Below, piece after piece: positions 48,401-61,643 of a DNA stretch of 64,000 nt. The notes below the pieces were generated by a model, which saw only the letters and a list, made by a program, of their open reading frames with translations, was not told where the DNA came from and ran no database searches. A program made the translations under genes and the position numbers. Position 1 is the first letter of the stretch. Each line of letters opens with the position of its first letter. Origin of the DNA: Octopus sinensis. Its lineage: Eukaryota. The stretch lies in assembly GCF_006345805.1 (NCBI RefSeq), contig NC_043011.1, positions 1,860,001-1,924,000 of the forward strand, in the 5' to 3' direction.

Positions 48401-49129
48401 AAGATCACTCAACTAAAATAGGGATTTAATATGGTATTGGAGAATAACAGAGATGAGTAGTGTTATGTGCTGTATCAATAATAAAGCTCAAAGCTTACTA
48501 CTTAAGAATTGTCAGGTTTGAACACTTGATGATGTAACTGTTTTGTTTCTTAACTACACAGCCACTTTGCTTCATTTGTCATTCAAATAAATTCTGTTTC
48601 TCAATAAACATTGATGTGAATTTATTGGTATGTCATCAAGTGCAGTTATTTTTGTGAATACTTACTTCTGAGGAAGAAATCACCAATATATATTTCACTT
48701 GTCACCATATTCTAAGTTATAATATTGTTTGATATAGTTGAAGATCTTCAATAAACTTTCATATGACAACTGCCAATATTTAAGACTTAACTTTGACTTT
48801 TCTAATACTTTCATTCAGACAGATCATCTTATTTCATCCTGCTCGTTCCAAAATTAAATCTCAAGAAGTTTTCTCTCCCTCTCTCTTTCATTCTGAAGTA
48901 CAATATTGTAGGATAACTGTGTTTTATTTATGTGTGCCTTCCTTCACAGCCTTACTCTTCCTCACCATCAAAACCACCACCACCACCACCACCCAGTAGG
49001 CTAATAAATTAAACAGTGTTCCCATTACGTTTAACAACTCGCTATAGTTACGCATAGTACATGTTATTTACAGCCAAGCTGAGCAGGTTCTGGCAACTTA
49101 AGTGCCTTGGATACAATATAGAAGATATG

Positions 49130-49512
49130 TGGAGGCGCACTGGCCCAGTGGTTAGGGCAGTGGACTCGCGGTCGTAGGATCGCGGTTTCGATTCCCAGAC
49201 CGGGCGTTGTGAGTGTTTATTGAGCAAAAACACCTAAAGCTCCACGAGGCTCTGGCAGGGGATGGTGGTGATCCCTGCTGTACTCTTTCACCACAACTTT
49301 CTCTCACTCTTACTTCCTGTTTCTGTTGTACCTGTATTTCAAAGGGCCGGCTTTGTCTCTTTCTGTGTCATGCTGAATATCCCCGAGAACTACGTTAAGG
49401 GTACACGTGTCTGTGGAGTACTCAGCTACTTACACATTAATTTCACGAGCAGGCTGTTCCGTTGATCGGATCAACCGGAACCCTCGTCGTCGTAACTGAC
49501 GGAGTGCTTCCA
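49130..49512 (+). mobile_element. tRNA-derived SINE family D
   Basis: GGAGGCGCACTGGCCCAGTGGTTAGGG (A box)..GGTTTCGATTCC (B box). Near-identical to 63714-64000. Confidence 0.88.
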
Positions 49513-49525
49513 TAGAAGATATATC

Positions 49526-49703
49526 AGCAGTGGCTGTATGGTAAGTAGCTTGCTTACCAGCCACATGGTTCCGGGTTCAGTCCCACTGCGTGGCACCTTG
49601 GGCAAGTGCCTTCTACTATAGCCTCGGGCCGACCAAAGCCTTGTAAGTGGATTTGGTAGTCGGAAACTGAAAGAAACCCGTCGTATATATGTATATATGT
49701 GTG

Positions 49704-49738
<35 letters not shown>

Positions 49739-49955
49739 GTCTGTGTTTGTCCCCCCAACATCGCTTAACAACTGATGCTGGTGTGTTTACATCCCCGTAA
49801 CTTAGTGGTTCGGCAAAAAAGAGTCTGATAGAATAAGTACTAGGCTTACAAAGAATAAGTCCTGGGGTCGATGTGCTTGACTAAAGGCGGTGCTCCAGCA
49901 TGGCCGCAGTCAAATGACTGAAACAATTAAAAATGTAAAAAAGAGAGTAAAAGAG
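49526..49955 (+). mobile_element. SINE family A
   Basis: Consensus match with an internal (GT)n. Confidence 0.92.
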
Positions 49956-50377
49956 TATGTGTGTATGTGTGTATAGTAATATCTAAGGATCAAGGTGTAG
50001 GAAGTTAGTAAGCTTTGAACAGTCCGTAGTATAAAAAGCAACTTTCAAGAACAATAGCAGTTTACTGACATACAAGGTTGTAAATTTGTCTATATTGAAG
50101 TTCAATAAGCAGAAAAATGTTACTTTATAGTTCACGGTTAGCAACTCCGACTGCTGTATATGGTAATGGAAATCCCAAATTTGGGAATGGAATGGAATAG
50201 ATAAGTCCGATGTAACCTTCATTTGACTGAAGTATCTTTTGGCTTGAAGTGTAGCTAGCAAGGTAGCCTGCATTTGGGTAATTACTACTTCAGAGATTCT
50301 GCTAGCTAGGAAACAATTGTAAAATACTCCATCACCTAATTAGGATTATATATATATTTATATATATTTATTTATAT

Positions 50378-50765
50378 CTTCCTCCTCTTTTTCCTCCTCT
50401 TCCTCCTCCTCTTCCTCCTCCTCCTCCTTTCCCTCTTCCTTATCTTCCTCTTCCTCCGCCCCTCTTCCTCCTCTTCCTCTTCCTCCTCCTCTTCCTCTTC
50501 CTCTTCCTCCTCCTCTTCCTCTTCCTCCGCCCCCTCTTCCTCCTCCTCCTCCACCTCCTCTTCCTCCGCCCCCTCTTCCTCCTCCTCCACCTCCTCCTCT
50601 TCCTCTTCCTCCACCCCCTCTTCCTCCACCTCCTCATCTTCCTCCTCCTCCTCCTCTTCCTCCGCCTCCGCTTCCTCCTCCTCCACCTCCTCATCTTCCT
50701 CCTCCTCCTCCGCTTCCTCCTCTTCTTCTTCCTCCTCCTCCTCCTCATCATCATCATCATCCTCA
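50378..50765. repeat. ~370-bp imperfect (CCT/CTT)n polypyrimidine tract merging into (CAT)n
   Basis: Seen directly. Contiguous with the (CAT)n tail of the family B copy. Confidence 0.95.
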
Positions 50766-51180
50766 TTTTACATCCATTGTCCATGCTGACATGATTTGAC
50801 CAGGACTGGTAAGCTGAGGAGCTGCACCAGATTCCAGTCTGATTCAGCATAGTTTCTATGGCTGGATGCTCTTCCTAATGCCAACCACTTTACAGAGTGT
50901 ACAGGGTGCTTTTATGTGCCAGCAGCATGGGTGGGGGGGGCAGTTGTGTGACACTAGTATCTGCCAAGACTACGATCTCACTCAGCTTGATGGATCTTCC
51001 TTCTCATGCGTAGCATATTGCCAAAGGTCTGTCATTTGTCATTGCCTCCACGAGGTCCAACACTTGAAAAGTGCTTTTTATGTGCCACCAGCATAGGTAC
51101 CAGTTACATGAGACCGACAACGGTCACAACAACGATTTCACTTGGCTTGATGGGTCTTTGCAAGCATGGTATATTGCCAA
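50745..51180 (-). mobile_element. Diverged family B RTE-type tail
   Basis: CATTGTCCATGCTGACATG..GGATGCTCTTCCTAATGCCAACCAC. Confidence 0.7.
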
Positions 51181-52027
51181 ATGTATCACTCACTAGCAGT
51201 GGCAGACTGGGTCCAAAAATATTGGTTGCCAGGAGACTAAGGGGGCCCCGTAACTAGAATGCTATCATTTAATTTTATAATAAATAAATAAAATTTGCAA
51301 AAGATTCATAAGAGGAAACAAAAAGGTGCAATTTAAATTTTTGTGAAAAAAATGTATATTTTTTCAATAATTACAATGTAGATGTACTGTACATATTACT
51401 GGCAGTATACAGTAATACCAACTGTAGATTCAGAATGAATTTTTGGTGCCCCAGCATGGCCGCAGCCTTCGGGCTAAAACATTTTTAAGGATTTAAGGAT
51501 AAATGCTTTGGTGAATATATATTATAGTATAGTATTATTTTGGACGTGTACTGTCATTTTGGACATGTTTAACCAAACTGAAAGTAAAAACCAATAAATC
51601 TATAAATCAATTTCATTATTTTTAATGAAGATATTTTACTGTCAAAGAAATAATTATGTTTTCTTATGAAAATTATGGCATTGTAGCGAGAACCATGTCT
51701 TCATACACATACATTATTTGTTTGTTTGTTTGCTTTTTATGAAAGAGATTTCTTTCAAACAACCTGTTGATATATTGTTTTTAATTAAACGTACATATGC
51801 CAAGAATTCTATCACCACCACTTCGATTGCTCCAAATCATCTAAAAATAAAGGATAAATTTACAGGATTTTGATTTCTTTTTCTTTTAATATCTAACTTC
51901 CTTCGATTATTATTTTTTCCCTGCTCTTGCCATTACTCTTTTTTATAAAACCCTTATAGCACTTTGAAAATAACAGTATATAATACATGTACCAATTTTT
52001 TAAAGTTTTAAATGATTGGTGGGTATT

Positions 52028-54240
52028 TTAAAATAGTTTACTTGTACTGCACACTTCACACGTTAACAAATAAATCAAGTGTACAAAACTTGTATTACAT
52101 GCAATCCACTTTATTAAGAGCAATTGCTTGAGTTCACTGGTTGATTGTGCAAATCTGTCAATAATTGCTTCTGTATCCAATTCAGCTAACAATTCATTTT
52201 CAATGGATAACAACATGTATTCTTCCAAGTTCTCATCAGACAGCAGATTCTTATCCTTGTCTTTATGATCTATAACTTTGAAAACGTCCTCTCACATTGG
52301 ATTTGGGTAACTAATAGTGTGCAGATGACTTTATAAAGTTCATAAAGTTATCATAGGCATAGGAGTGGCTGTGTGGTAAGTAGCTTGCTTACGAACCACA
52401 TGGTTCTGGGTTCAAGTCCCACTATGTGGCACCTTGGGCAGGTGTCTTCTACTATAGCCTCGGGCCGACCAAAGCCTTGTGAGTGGATTTGGTAGTCGGA
52501 AACTGAAAGAAGCCCGTCGTATATATGTATATATGTTTGTCCACCCAACATCGCTTGACAACCAATGTTGGTGTGTTTACATCCCCATAACTTAGCGGTT
52601 CGGCAAAAGAGACCGATAGAATAAGTACTGGGCTTACAAAGAATAAGTCCCGGGGTCGATTTGCTCGACTAAAGGTGGTGCTCCAGCATGGCCACAGTCA
52701 AATGACTGAAACAAGTAAAAGAGTAAAAGAGTAAAAAGAGTAAAGAGATATGCCTTGTCATGAGGTTTGTTGGATGCCAGAAGTTTTAGTATACACAATG
52801 GGCAAGAAATAGTTTTAATACATCAAGATTTGAAGCAAAAGAAGACAATTCCAATCTTACTTGGTCTTTGCCGATTTGTGGAAGCAACTTAATAAAACCT
52901 TCCAATGACTCAACTTCATGGCCCTTCTCTGTGATAGTTTGAAACTTAACTGGGTCCAAGCAAGATAAATCTTTATACAAGTGTTTGTGCTGTACAAATT
53001 TTGATTCTAGTGACTTGACAATGCAATCCATTATTATGTTAAACACATTTGCTTGAAAATCAGTGAGAAAATCTGAGGAAATTCCTTCATCATTAACAAG
53101 CTTATCTGCCATTCTTTTCTTCTTCCTCTGTCTCTTAACTGGCAAGGCTGTTTCCAAGCACCACTTTCCAATGTTTGATTTTCATCCATATTCATCTGTG
53201 AAATCTTGTCATTACATTTATTTACAAATCCCAAAGCCTTGCGCTTAATGTTATCCAAATGTTCTTGTCTGTTCCTTCAACTTTGCTGTAGCTGAATCTA
53301 CTGAACCCCATGAGTAAACATATCTAACCCACTTGTCTGTAGATAACTTGATAACGGGGCTATAGTTTCAAATATATACAAGTAAGTAAATGCTGAGAAT
53401 ATGGTTTCAAACTTTAAATGACTTTGAAGTAAAACATTTGTTTTGGCACCAAACTTGTCTGAATCTTGTATCATTGATAAGCATGTCAACAGATTTACAA
53501 AAATACTGACATTAGTGTCATCAAAGTGTCCAAATATAGTTGTTGCGGCATTGGATTTTCCTGACTATCTGGTCTCACCAATTAGCTTCATTTTTTTCTT
53601 GTCCTAGATGTTTTCCAACAACTTTTATCCACACAGTCATTCTCTTATGTGATGCTTTCACAAAAAGCTGCAAAGTTCTGGAGAAAATTGAAAACAGAAA
53701 CTGCAGGTACACAACATTTTATTGATTCAATCATCACCAAATTCAAGACATGAGCATACACCATACAGGGACATATTGATCTGCCACAGCAGCAGTTTTA
53801 CTTTGTTAACCATTATGCTGCCCATGGTCAATTCGGGGTCAATTCTAAGACGCCGTAACATTTCAGTCAATAGGTCAAAATGTTCCTTGTAGCATCATTA
53901 CTTTGGCTCAACTGAAAGTAGTCACTTGCAGATAACACCTTTAAGCACATACCGAATAATAATGCTAAACTGATTGTTGGATGAAATATCTTGTGTTGAA
54001 TCAACCTGAATAGAATAATATATTGCATGAGAAACTTCATGACCAATTCTTTTTTGAACTGGACATTTGTGTGGATGGTGGTTGTGGTATTATAAAATCT
54101 GTAAGAGATCTGCACCACTTGACTGATTCTTGCCTTTCTGCTTCTTGTCGCTCTTTGTGTTTCAGTGATCCAGATTTATGCTTTTTCTTTTCCATGCTGT
54201 TTGGGGTAATATTCCTGATATTAAAATTCAAAACTTAATA
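52028..54240 (-). pseudogene. hAT (ZMYM1/Tip100-like) transposase fossil, split by a SINE
   Basis: N-terminal EKKKHKSGSLKHKER; LSSYLQTSGLDM; KRQRKKKRMADKL..VFNIIMDCIV.SL..F; CTLLVTQIQCERTFSKL.IIKTR and YMLLSIENELL..LD.EAIIDRFA (hATC dimerisation domain). Candidate terminus CAGTGGCAGACTGGG at 51197. Confidence 0.82.
52355..52747 (+). mobile_element. SINE family A inserted in the hAT fossil
   Basis: Consensus match. Confidence 0.92.
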
Positions 54241-55589
54241 AAAAATACTTTACATTGGAAAAAAGGAACATATACAATTTTCTGTACATAAATACTAATA
54301 CATTATTAAGATTACTAGGATAAATATACTAGGATTACATATTTTAAAAATAATATTTTAGTTACTATTTAACCATGTTGGTTGAATGGCTAAGAATTAC
54401 TTAAAACCAGGTAAATAGTATTATTCACCCTCACAACCCTATATTATCATTTTTTATGTAGGAGATAAAAAAAAAAAATTGGAACCTTATCACCTTGGAT
54501 TTCTTTTCTTCAAGAAATGGCTTCACAACGAACAATAATTCTTAAAGCTAAATATTTTAACCCTTTTATGTCTGCATTTTTTCTGCTCTTATTACTTTCG
54601 ATGTCTGAATTTGTAGGTAAAAAATGAAAATCAATATATTTACACATCATGCAGTTAAGGAGAAGAAATAATTGAAGTGAAGTTTCAGATCAGGATGCCC
54701 GCAAAAGTTTAATTTTCTGTGTTTTGACAGGGATTTTTCCAATTTTATTTTTCACTCATGCCTTTAACGTGATGTGTTTGTGGTGGTGGTGGCGGAAGGG
54801 ACTTTTTGAGAAAAATATTTTGAAAAGTTATGATATTTTTTTTCACCTCATCCCCATCCTCCTGGCCGATATTGGCCAACTTTTTGGCACTATGCACTTA
54901 AAAACCATGACAGAAGCCTTTTTCATAAAAAAATGTAAATATTTTCAAATGGAAAGGTGTGTAATTTAAGGGCGATTTGGCTGTTGTTTCTAGCACATCC
55001 TCATTTCTTTGTCACTGTCACATGTATTGAGGATTTTCCATAACTTTCTTACCATAAGCACATTTTATGGAATGATGACATGGAGGCAACACGTGCATGA
55101 TACATTACAGGGATCTAAGCAACAAAACAAAAAATTTGAAATTTAAACCCACTGCCACCCAACCAAGTGAGGCCGCGTGAGAGTGTGTGTGTGTATGTGT
55201 GTAAGTAACCATATATTTACTGACAGAAAAGAATACTATTAAAATAAATTATCTTTTAGATACCTTTTTTAAAGCACTGTGGATAAATTCCAGCATTGAT
55301 CTTCTCAGGCTCTGTAATTTTTAAAATTATAAACAGAAACAATGAGATGTGAAAAAATCAGAATTTAACATTTTTTTTTAATACCTTAAATGTGCTCAGA
55401 ACGTGAAGACTGACAAAATGCTGCTAAGCATTTCGCCCTGGCATGCTAACAATTCTGCCAGCTTGTTGCCTTAAATTGATGCGGTCTCATCGAGAATATA
55501 CATAAAACAACACTTTTACAGCTTTATACTAAATAAGCATTGTAGAAATTATCTAAAAGTTTCCCTATCTCTACCCAAAATCTCCACAT

Positions 55590-55764
55590 GATGGGCTTCT
55601 TTCAGTTTCTGTCTACCAGTTTCTGTCTACCAAATCCACTCACAAGGATTTGGTTGGCCCAAGGCTATTGTTGTAGCAGACACTTGCCCAACGTACCATG
55701 CAGTGCGACTGAATCTGGAACCATGGGCTTAGGAAGCAAGCTTCTTACCACACAGCCACTGCTG
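55590..55764 (-). mobile_element. SINE family A 5' half
   Basis: Head plus core, with a small internal duplication CAGTTTCTGTCTAC. Confidence 0.8.
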
Positions 55765-56240
55765 TAAGTTTGATTAAATTTTATTTTATTTTTAAGATTA
55801 TTAAACTAAATGTTTATACCATTTTGTGCTGCTCACACGATGAGTATTTCTGCCAAGAGTGGTGAAAATCTGTTTGGCCATTTTCCAGTAATTTTGCAAA
55901 CACACAGACAAACAGACGAAGACAGGTGATTACAATACTCCTGCTTTCACGTACATGCACACGGTAGTAATATTCTTGTTTAAGAATAATAAATTTGTCC
56001 TCTACAAAAGTATAGAGTAACTCACCAAATTAATGTAAAATTGCTTTTATTATAACTAAACATAAAAACAAATATTAACACACACACACACACACACACA
56101 CGCACATACATTTTTCATTATTAAACTTGTATTTAGAAGTCTACTATCATCATCATCATTATTATCATTATCATTATTAATGAATTGTTAGTGATAAATC
56201 TCATCTGTATTAATATTAACTTCTTGCAAACATACTGAAC

Positions 56241-56431
56241 TATGATGGGGTGCTGAAAAGTTCCTCACTTCAAGAAGAGGCCTGGTTGGAGGGCCCAACC
56301 TTCCGAGTTCTTTGAAAAACTGAAGGACCACTGCAATAAGTGTTGTGAATCTGAGAGGGGAATGTGTTGAATAAAATCATAATTAACTGATCTTCCTGTA
56401 TTCTCTTTTACCCAAAGCCAGGAATTTTGCA
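56241..56431 (+). mobile_element. Mariner-derived MITE or deletion derivative
   Basis: TA..GGGGTGCTGAAAAGTTCC left end and CCAAAGCCAGGAATTTT partial right TIR. The internal LRGECVE* resembles a mariner C-terminus. Confidence 0.6.
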
Positions 56432-57144
56432 GAGATTTACTGGAGTCAACTGAATAAAACTTGGTACATTATTGATACTTATTTTATCAATCCTAGAATG
56501 GTGATATTTAGAGTCAACTCTATCAAGATTTCAACTTGGAACTTAGAAAGAAGAAACTCTATTATTTATATAACATTTTTCCATAGATAATTAGAATTAA
56601 AAGATATTTAGATATATTTTTTGTATAGAATCTGTACTTTAGGCCATTAGATTTTATATATGAGCTTTCAATTAGCCACTATCAATATAATAATTCAAAC
56701 GGCAAGATCATTCAAGATCACATCATTATTGATTTTACCATAATGTTATCTGAATCCTATATCACTGAAGTGAAGTTATTTATCTTACTCTTGATTATCA
56801 AGGGTAGCATCAGTTGCTTCTGTTTAATCTTGGCTGAAGTCTCATCCATTAATGATATTTTAGAGAACCACTGACCATCAAATAGATGGCAAAATAGTTT
56901 AAAACTATAAGTATTTAGAAATTGACAGTTTTTCTTAAATGTAATTTGTCCATTCAAATTCAGCAGAGGTTACATCAGAGAATCTGGTTTGTAAATTAAT
57001 GCTTATAATATAATCAACAGCTACAGTTCTATGGGTTGGTTGGTTTAGTAGTAACTAAAATATCAACCAATTCCATGTTCCTGCAGTTTAGAATAATTTT
57101 ACTTTGAAAATTCTCAAATATTTTACTGGCCAGAGCAACAAGCT

Positions 57145-57520
57145 GGCCTCTGTGTCAATGGCACGTTAAGCACACCATTCGAGCGTGATCATTACCACGT
57201 CGCCTTACTAGCACTTGTGCTGGTGGCATGTGAAATATTTGAGCGAGGTCGTCGCCAGTGCCGCTGGACTGGCTCCTGTGCAGGTGGCACGTAAAAAGCA
57301 CCATTTGGGCATGGCTGTTGCCAGTACTACCAAACTGGCCCTCATGCCGGTGGCACGTAAAAGCACCCACTACACTCTTGGAGTGGTTGGTGTTAGGAAG
57401 GGCATCCAGCTGTAGAAACTCTGCCAGATCAGATTGGAGTCTGGTTCGCTACACCTTAGTCAAATGGTCCAACCCATGCTAGCATGGAAAGCGGATGTTA
57501 AATGATGATGATGATGATGT
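57145..57520 (+). mobile_element. Family B RTE-type tail
   Basis: GGCACGT(T/A)AA repeated several times, then GGAAGGGCATCCAGCTG..(GAT)n. Confidence 0.85.
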
Positions 57521-57619
57521 GACAAACACAGTGCTTTATAATAAACACACCATCCCCAGCACTGTGACAAACTGATCTGCATTGTCAGTTTTGACAGCTC
57601 CAGCTGGCAACAGATCAAA

Positions 57620-58500
57620 CAGTCTATTATATTTGATCAGATTGGTCTCTGGTCTGCAGTGGATCTGGCTCTGCTGGTTGATCTATCCTCGATCTCCTCC
57701 TGTTGCACCTGCGTTGGTAAAATATTCCATGGGATAGCTGAACCTGACGTGCCCCAGGCAACGGAATCAGCCCTTGCTGTTAGGACCGCTGATGGGCTTG
57801 CCATCCCCTGGAATATAGATGTCCAATGCAACTGGGACAGCATCAGCTGCAAGACCTCCCTTGAATGGCTTGAGACATTGCCTGCCTCCATTCCACCTTG
57901 CAACCAACAATCAGAGCATGGCTCAGTTCTGTGCCCTCAATATCTACTGATATCTAGGTGGCCCAACGCCTTGCTCTCTGCATGTATGAGCTGCACAAAT
58001 TTTGCTACAAAGTGGTAGTAGACGTATTCAGCTTCATCCTTTATCCTGCAGACTTGGCTGATTCTCCCAACATGCCACTCTGAACGACATAATCAGAAGG
58101 TGCCTTGAAGTGGCTGGCTTCTGATCTCAACTCAAGTACCTGCTTCTCATTCAAAGGAGGCAGACCCCTAATCTGGGACGTGATATGTAGTGACATGTTC
58201 TCCAGTTCCAAACTTTCAGCATCTGTTGCAACAAATTCTAGTGTCATTGCCTATAATGTGGAAAAGAGAAAAATCAATAAGTACAGGAGCCTGCTATCAG
58301 TTTGTGTCAGTTACTGTCAAGACGTTAGGTATCCTAGGACGAACCCCATGCTACCACCTTCCTCTGCAAAATAGGGATAACAGTGGTCTGTCAGAGAAAT
58401 GAGCCCTGTGAGGGGAAGTGACTACTGCAGTGATTGTCAGTGACCATTCTCTGTGGCAATGCCGTTGCAGTCATTACTGCAGGGCATGGTTGAGCACTCC
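57620..58500 (+). pseudogene. CRE-clade restriction-endonuclease LINE C-terminal fossil
   Basis: HPLSCRLG..H.TLNDIIRRCLEVAG; FKGGRPLIWDVICSDMFSSS..AYNVEKRKINKYRSL; YQFVSVTVKTLG; LSVTILCGNA matches the CRE pattern WD.TC.DT..AE..K..KY..F.P.AVET.G..RGNA. Confidence 0.75.
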
Positions 58501-59187
58501 ACTTGTTTTGGGATATGTGACCCATTGGCCCTCCCTCTCTACCTTCTGCTGCTTTGTCCCCGCCTTTTCTCTCTTTTTTATTTTCTTTTTCTTTATATTT
58601 TAAAGTGTTTATTAGTAAAGTATTGCCTTCAAATTCTAAAAATAAAAAATAAACCAACTCATTAGTCTATTATGGCGGTGCCCCAGCATGGCCACAGCTT
58701 GTGAGCTGAAACTAGATAGAAATAAAAAATAAATAAATAGTGTGCAATGATGGAACACATATTCTTATGTTTATAACTTATTTAGTCTTGATATAGAACA
58801 ATATTTGATTATTAATTCATGCACTTAAAATGGATAATGATTCTATTAGATTCCATGTTAGTCATGGCATTTTATAAATAAATTCTGTAATTAAGTATAG
58901 CTTTTATTCAACTTTTATAAACATAAGAAGATTGTTAATAGATATCTACAGTCAGTTTATAATAAAAAAAAATGTAATCTTTATGCTAATAATGATTTTC
59001 CATTAAGGATTGCTTACATCCAAGAGAAGACATTATTGATATCTTCCTATATGCATATATATTAAAAATTTCAAATACTGAACATTTTTTTAACTCGTGC
59101 TTCAGAAAGCCTGCTAAGGAACAGCATTTGTTGCAACATTGAATATGAAAAACAAAATAAAAATGCTGGAAAATAATCTTGGCAATG

Positions 59188-59218
<31 letters not shown>

Positions 59219-59500
59219 CATACATACATACATACATACATACGTACATATGTACATACATACATATGTACATACATACATACATACATACATACGTACA
59301 TATGTACATACATACATATGTACATACATACATACATACATACATACATACATACGTACATATGTACATACATACATATGTACATACATACATACATACA
59401 TACATACGTACATATGTACATACATACATATGTACATACGTACATACATACACACATACATACACACATACACACACACACACACACACACATACACACA
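59188..59500. repeat. (ACAT)n microsatellite with a higher-order ~50-60 bp periodicity
   Basis: The variant block ACGTACATATGTACATACATACATATGT recurs 4 times. Confidence 0.93.
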
Positions 59501-59544
59501 TCATAAGCAGTTTGTCGGAAAATGTCATCACAGTATTATCTACT

Positions 59545-60060
59545 GATGAGACATGATGTTGTAGCTAGGACACTTTATAATGAAATCTGTCACAAGGATA
59601 ACATCGAGGACAAAAAATAAAAACCCATGGTATGGTAGAAGTCATAGCCACTCATAATAAAATGTCCCAGCTCAATTCATTATCAAGTCAACAGTAGTTG
59701 TTACATAACTGAAAATAGGTCTCTGCAACACAGCCCAGAACCACAAGATATTCCAGTCTCAACTCTGAAAGATATCAAAACAGTTCTGTTGAACATTGAA
59801 ACTGTTTGGTCTGGAATATATATTTATCTTACAGTGAACTGAACCATCAGATCTTCCGGCCTTGTATAGAAACATTTGTCATAGAAGGGAAGGGCAATAT
59901 TTATAGATGTGCAGATCCTCTCAGATTGGATAAAATGTTCTAGTTAATATTCAGCTTAGGAGGGTGAGTTATTAGGCATTCAAGCTTCACTTGAATAACA
60001 GTGGGGTCAGTAACTAAATGTGGCTAATTGTTTGATCCTTTGATCATGTGGCTATTTTGC
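59545..60060 (+). pseudogene. Very old R4/Dong-like LINE C-terminal remnant
   Basis: MRHDVVARTLYNEICHKDN is typical of the region after the knuckle. The rest is heavily decayed. Confidence 0.5.
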
Positions 60061-60154
60061 ATGTCTCAAATAGGAACTTAGAAATATCAAAAAATACATA
60101 TTAGCGACAGAGGCAGTATTAATACCAAGACGTAATATTTATCCCCATTCGAAT

Positions 60155-60570
60155 TACTCTTTACTCTTTTACTTGTTTCAGTCATTTAACTGCGGCTATG
60201 CTGGAGCACCACCTTTAATCGAGCAACTCGACCCCAGGACTTATTCTTTTGTAAGCCCAGTACTTATTCTATCGGTCTATTTTGCCGAACTGCTAAGTTA
60301 CAGGGACGTAAACACACCAGCATCGGTTGTCAAGCAATGCTAGGGGGACAAACACAGACACACAAACACACACATGCATATATATATATACATATATACA
60401 TATATACGACGGGCTTCTTTCAGTTTCCGTCTACTAAATCCACTCACAAGGCTTTGGTCGGCCCGAGGCTATAGTAGAAGACACTTGCTCAAGGTGCCAC
60501 GCAGTGGGACTGAACCCGGAACCATGTGGTTGGTAAACAAGCTACTTACCACATAGCCACTCCTGCGCCT
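60155..60570 (-). mobile_element. SINE family A, full length
   Basis: Consensus match. Confidence 0.93.
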
Positions 60571-60984
60571 ATGTGGATGTTCTATTAGAACAGACGATGC
60601 TGTGGTAGATACGACGAAAGAAATTCTCATATTGGATTTTGGAGAAAAATGCACTCTTGCTCATATCACTAGTGGGGAGATAAATCCCTGACACCTCAGA
60701 TCCCATGATTTTGATCTTCCTTGGTCTTCTCAGTGATGGATGCTCAGCTGCTACAGATAGCAGCGACTCATCTCCCCACCAGTGATATAAAGAAAGACAG
60801 TGCCAGAATGAATGCTGGTGTTGCGATTTGCCAGGGACCGTGTTAGAGCAACTATTACTGAAAAAATGTGTAATATTACTTGATTATAGTAGTAGCAGCT
60901 GTAGTAGTAGATATAATAGTAATAGTTAGGTAACAGCAATCATATTTGTGCATAACACTTCATGTATGTAAATGTGTCTTTATT

Positions 60985-61200
60985 AGTGAGTACACTCACC
61001 ACCAGTCGCTATTCAGTCCAAATAAGGATCATTCATGAGATGTGACTCTCAGCACACAATTAGACTCAGAAAGGCTGTGAGGAACACATTGACCAAATTT
61101 TCTGACTTTCTTGATGGCATGCAGGTGTCAATGAATGGTTGAATGACCTAATCCAAACATCTCGGCTAGTTCCTCAACACATACAGTCTTAGATTTAGTA
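60985..61200 (-). pseudogene. Mariner transposase fragment
   Basis: VEELAEMFGLGHSTIH.HLHAIKKVRKFGQCVPHSLSE..DPYLD.IATGGE resembles WVPHEL..PFL.RIVTGDE. Confidence 0.8.
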
Positions 61201-61607
61201 GTTGATAAAGAGATAAATGAATTAGAAATGAATTACAATCCCTTACAACATTATGACACCACTAGGCTCCATGAAATTCTTGGAAGTGTACTCTATATTC
61301 TTAGCTACAAAAACAACAACATGAATTTCTTTCATCTTCTTGCTCTGTTAAAATATTTGAGAAAAATTATATTACTGTGTCCTACTCGTTAAAACTCTAT
61401 TTGTGCAGCAGAAGATGGCACTGCATCTTAATTGATGTAATGATTGCATTGTTCAATTATGTGGAGCCACTTGAAATGGTCATATTGCATCACAACTTTA
61501 CATCCTATTGCTTATTTTAGTTTTATTCACCTTACTTCAAGCTGTGCATATAATACCGGACTGACATGATGCTTCAACTTAAGTACCTAATTCAACTGAA
61601 TCTCAAT

Positions 61608-61639
<32 letters not shown>

Positions 61640-61643
61640 ATAT

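Noticed and set aside
50372-50850. Poly-Glu and poly-Arg/Lys ORFs
   Set aside because: They are readings of a (CCT)n tract, with no splice context or unique domain.
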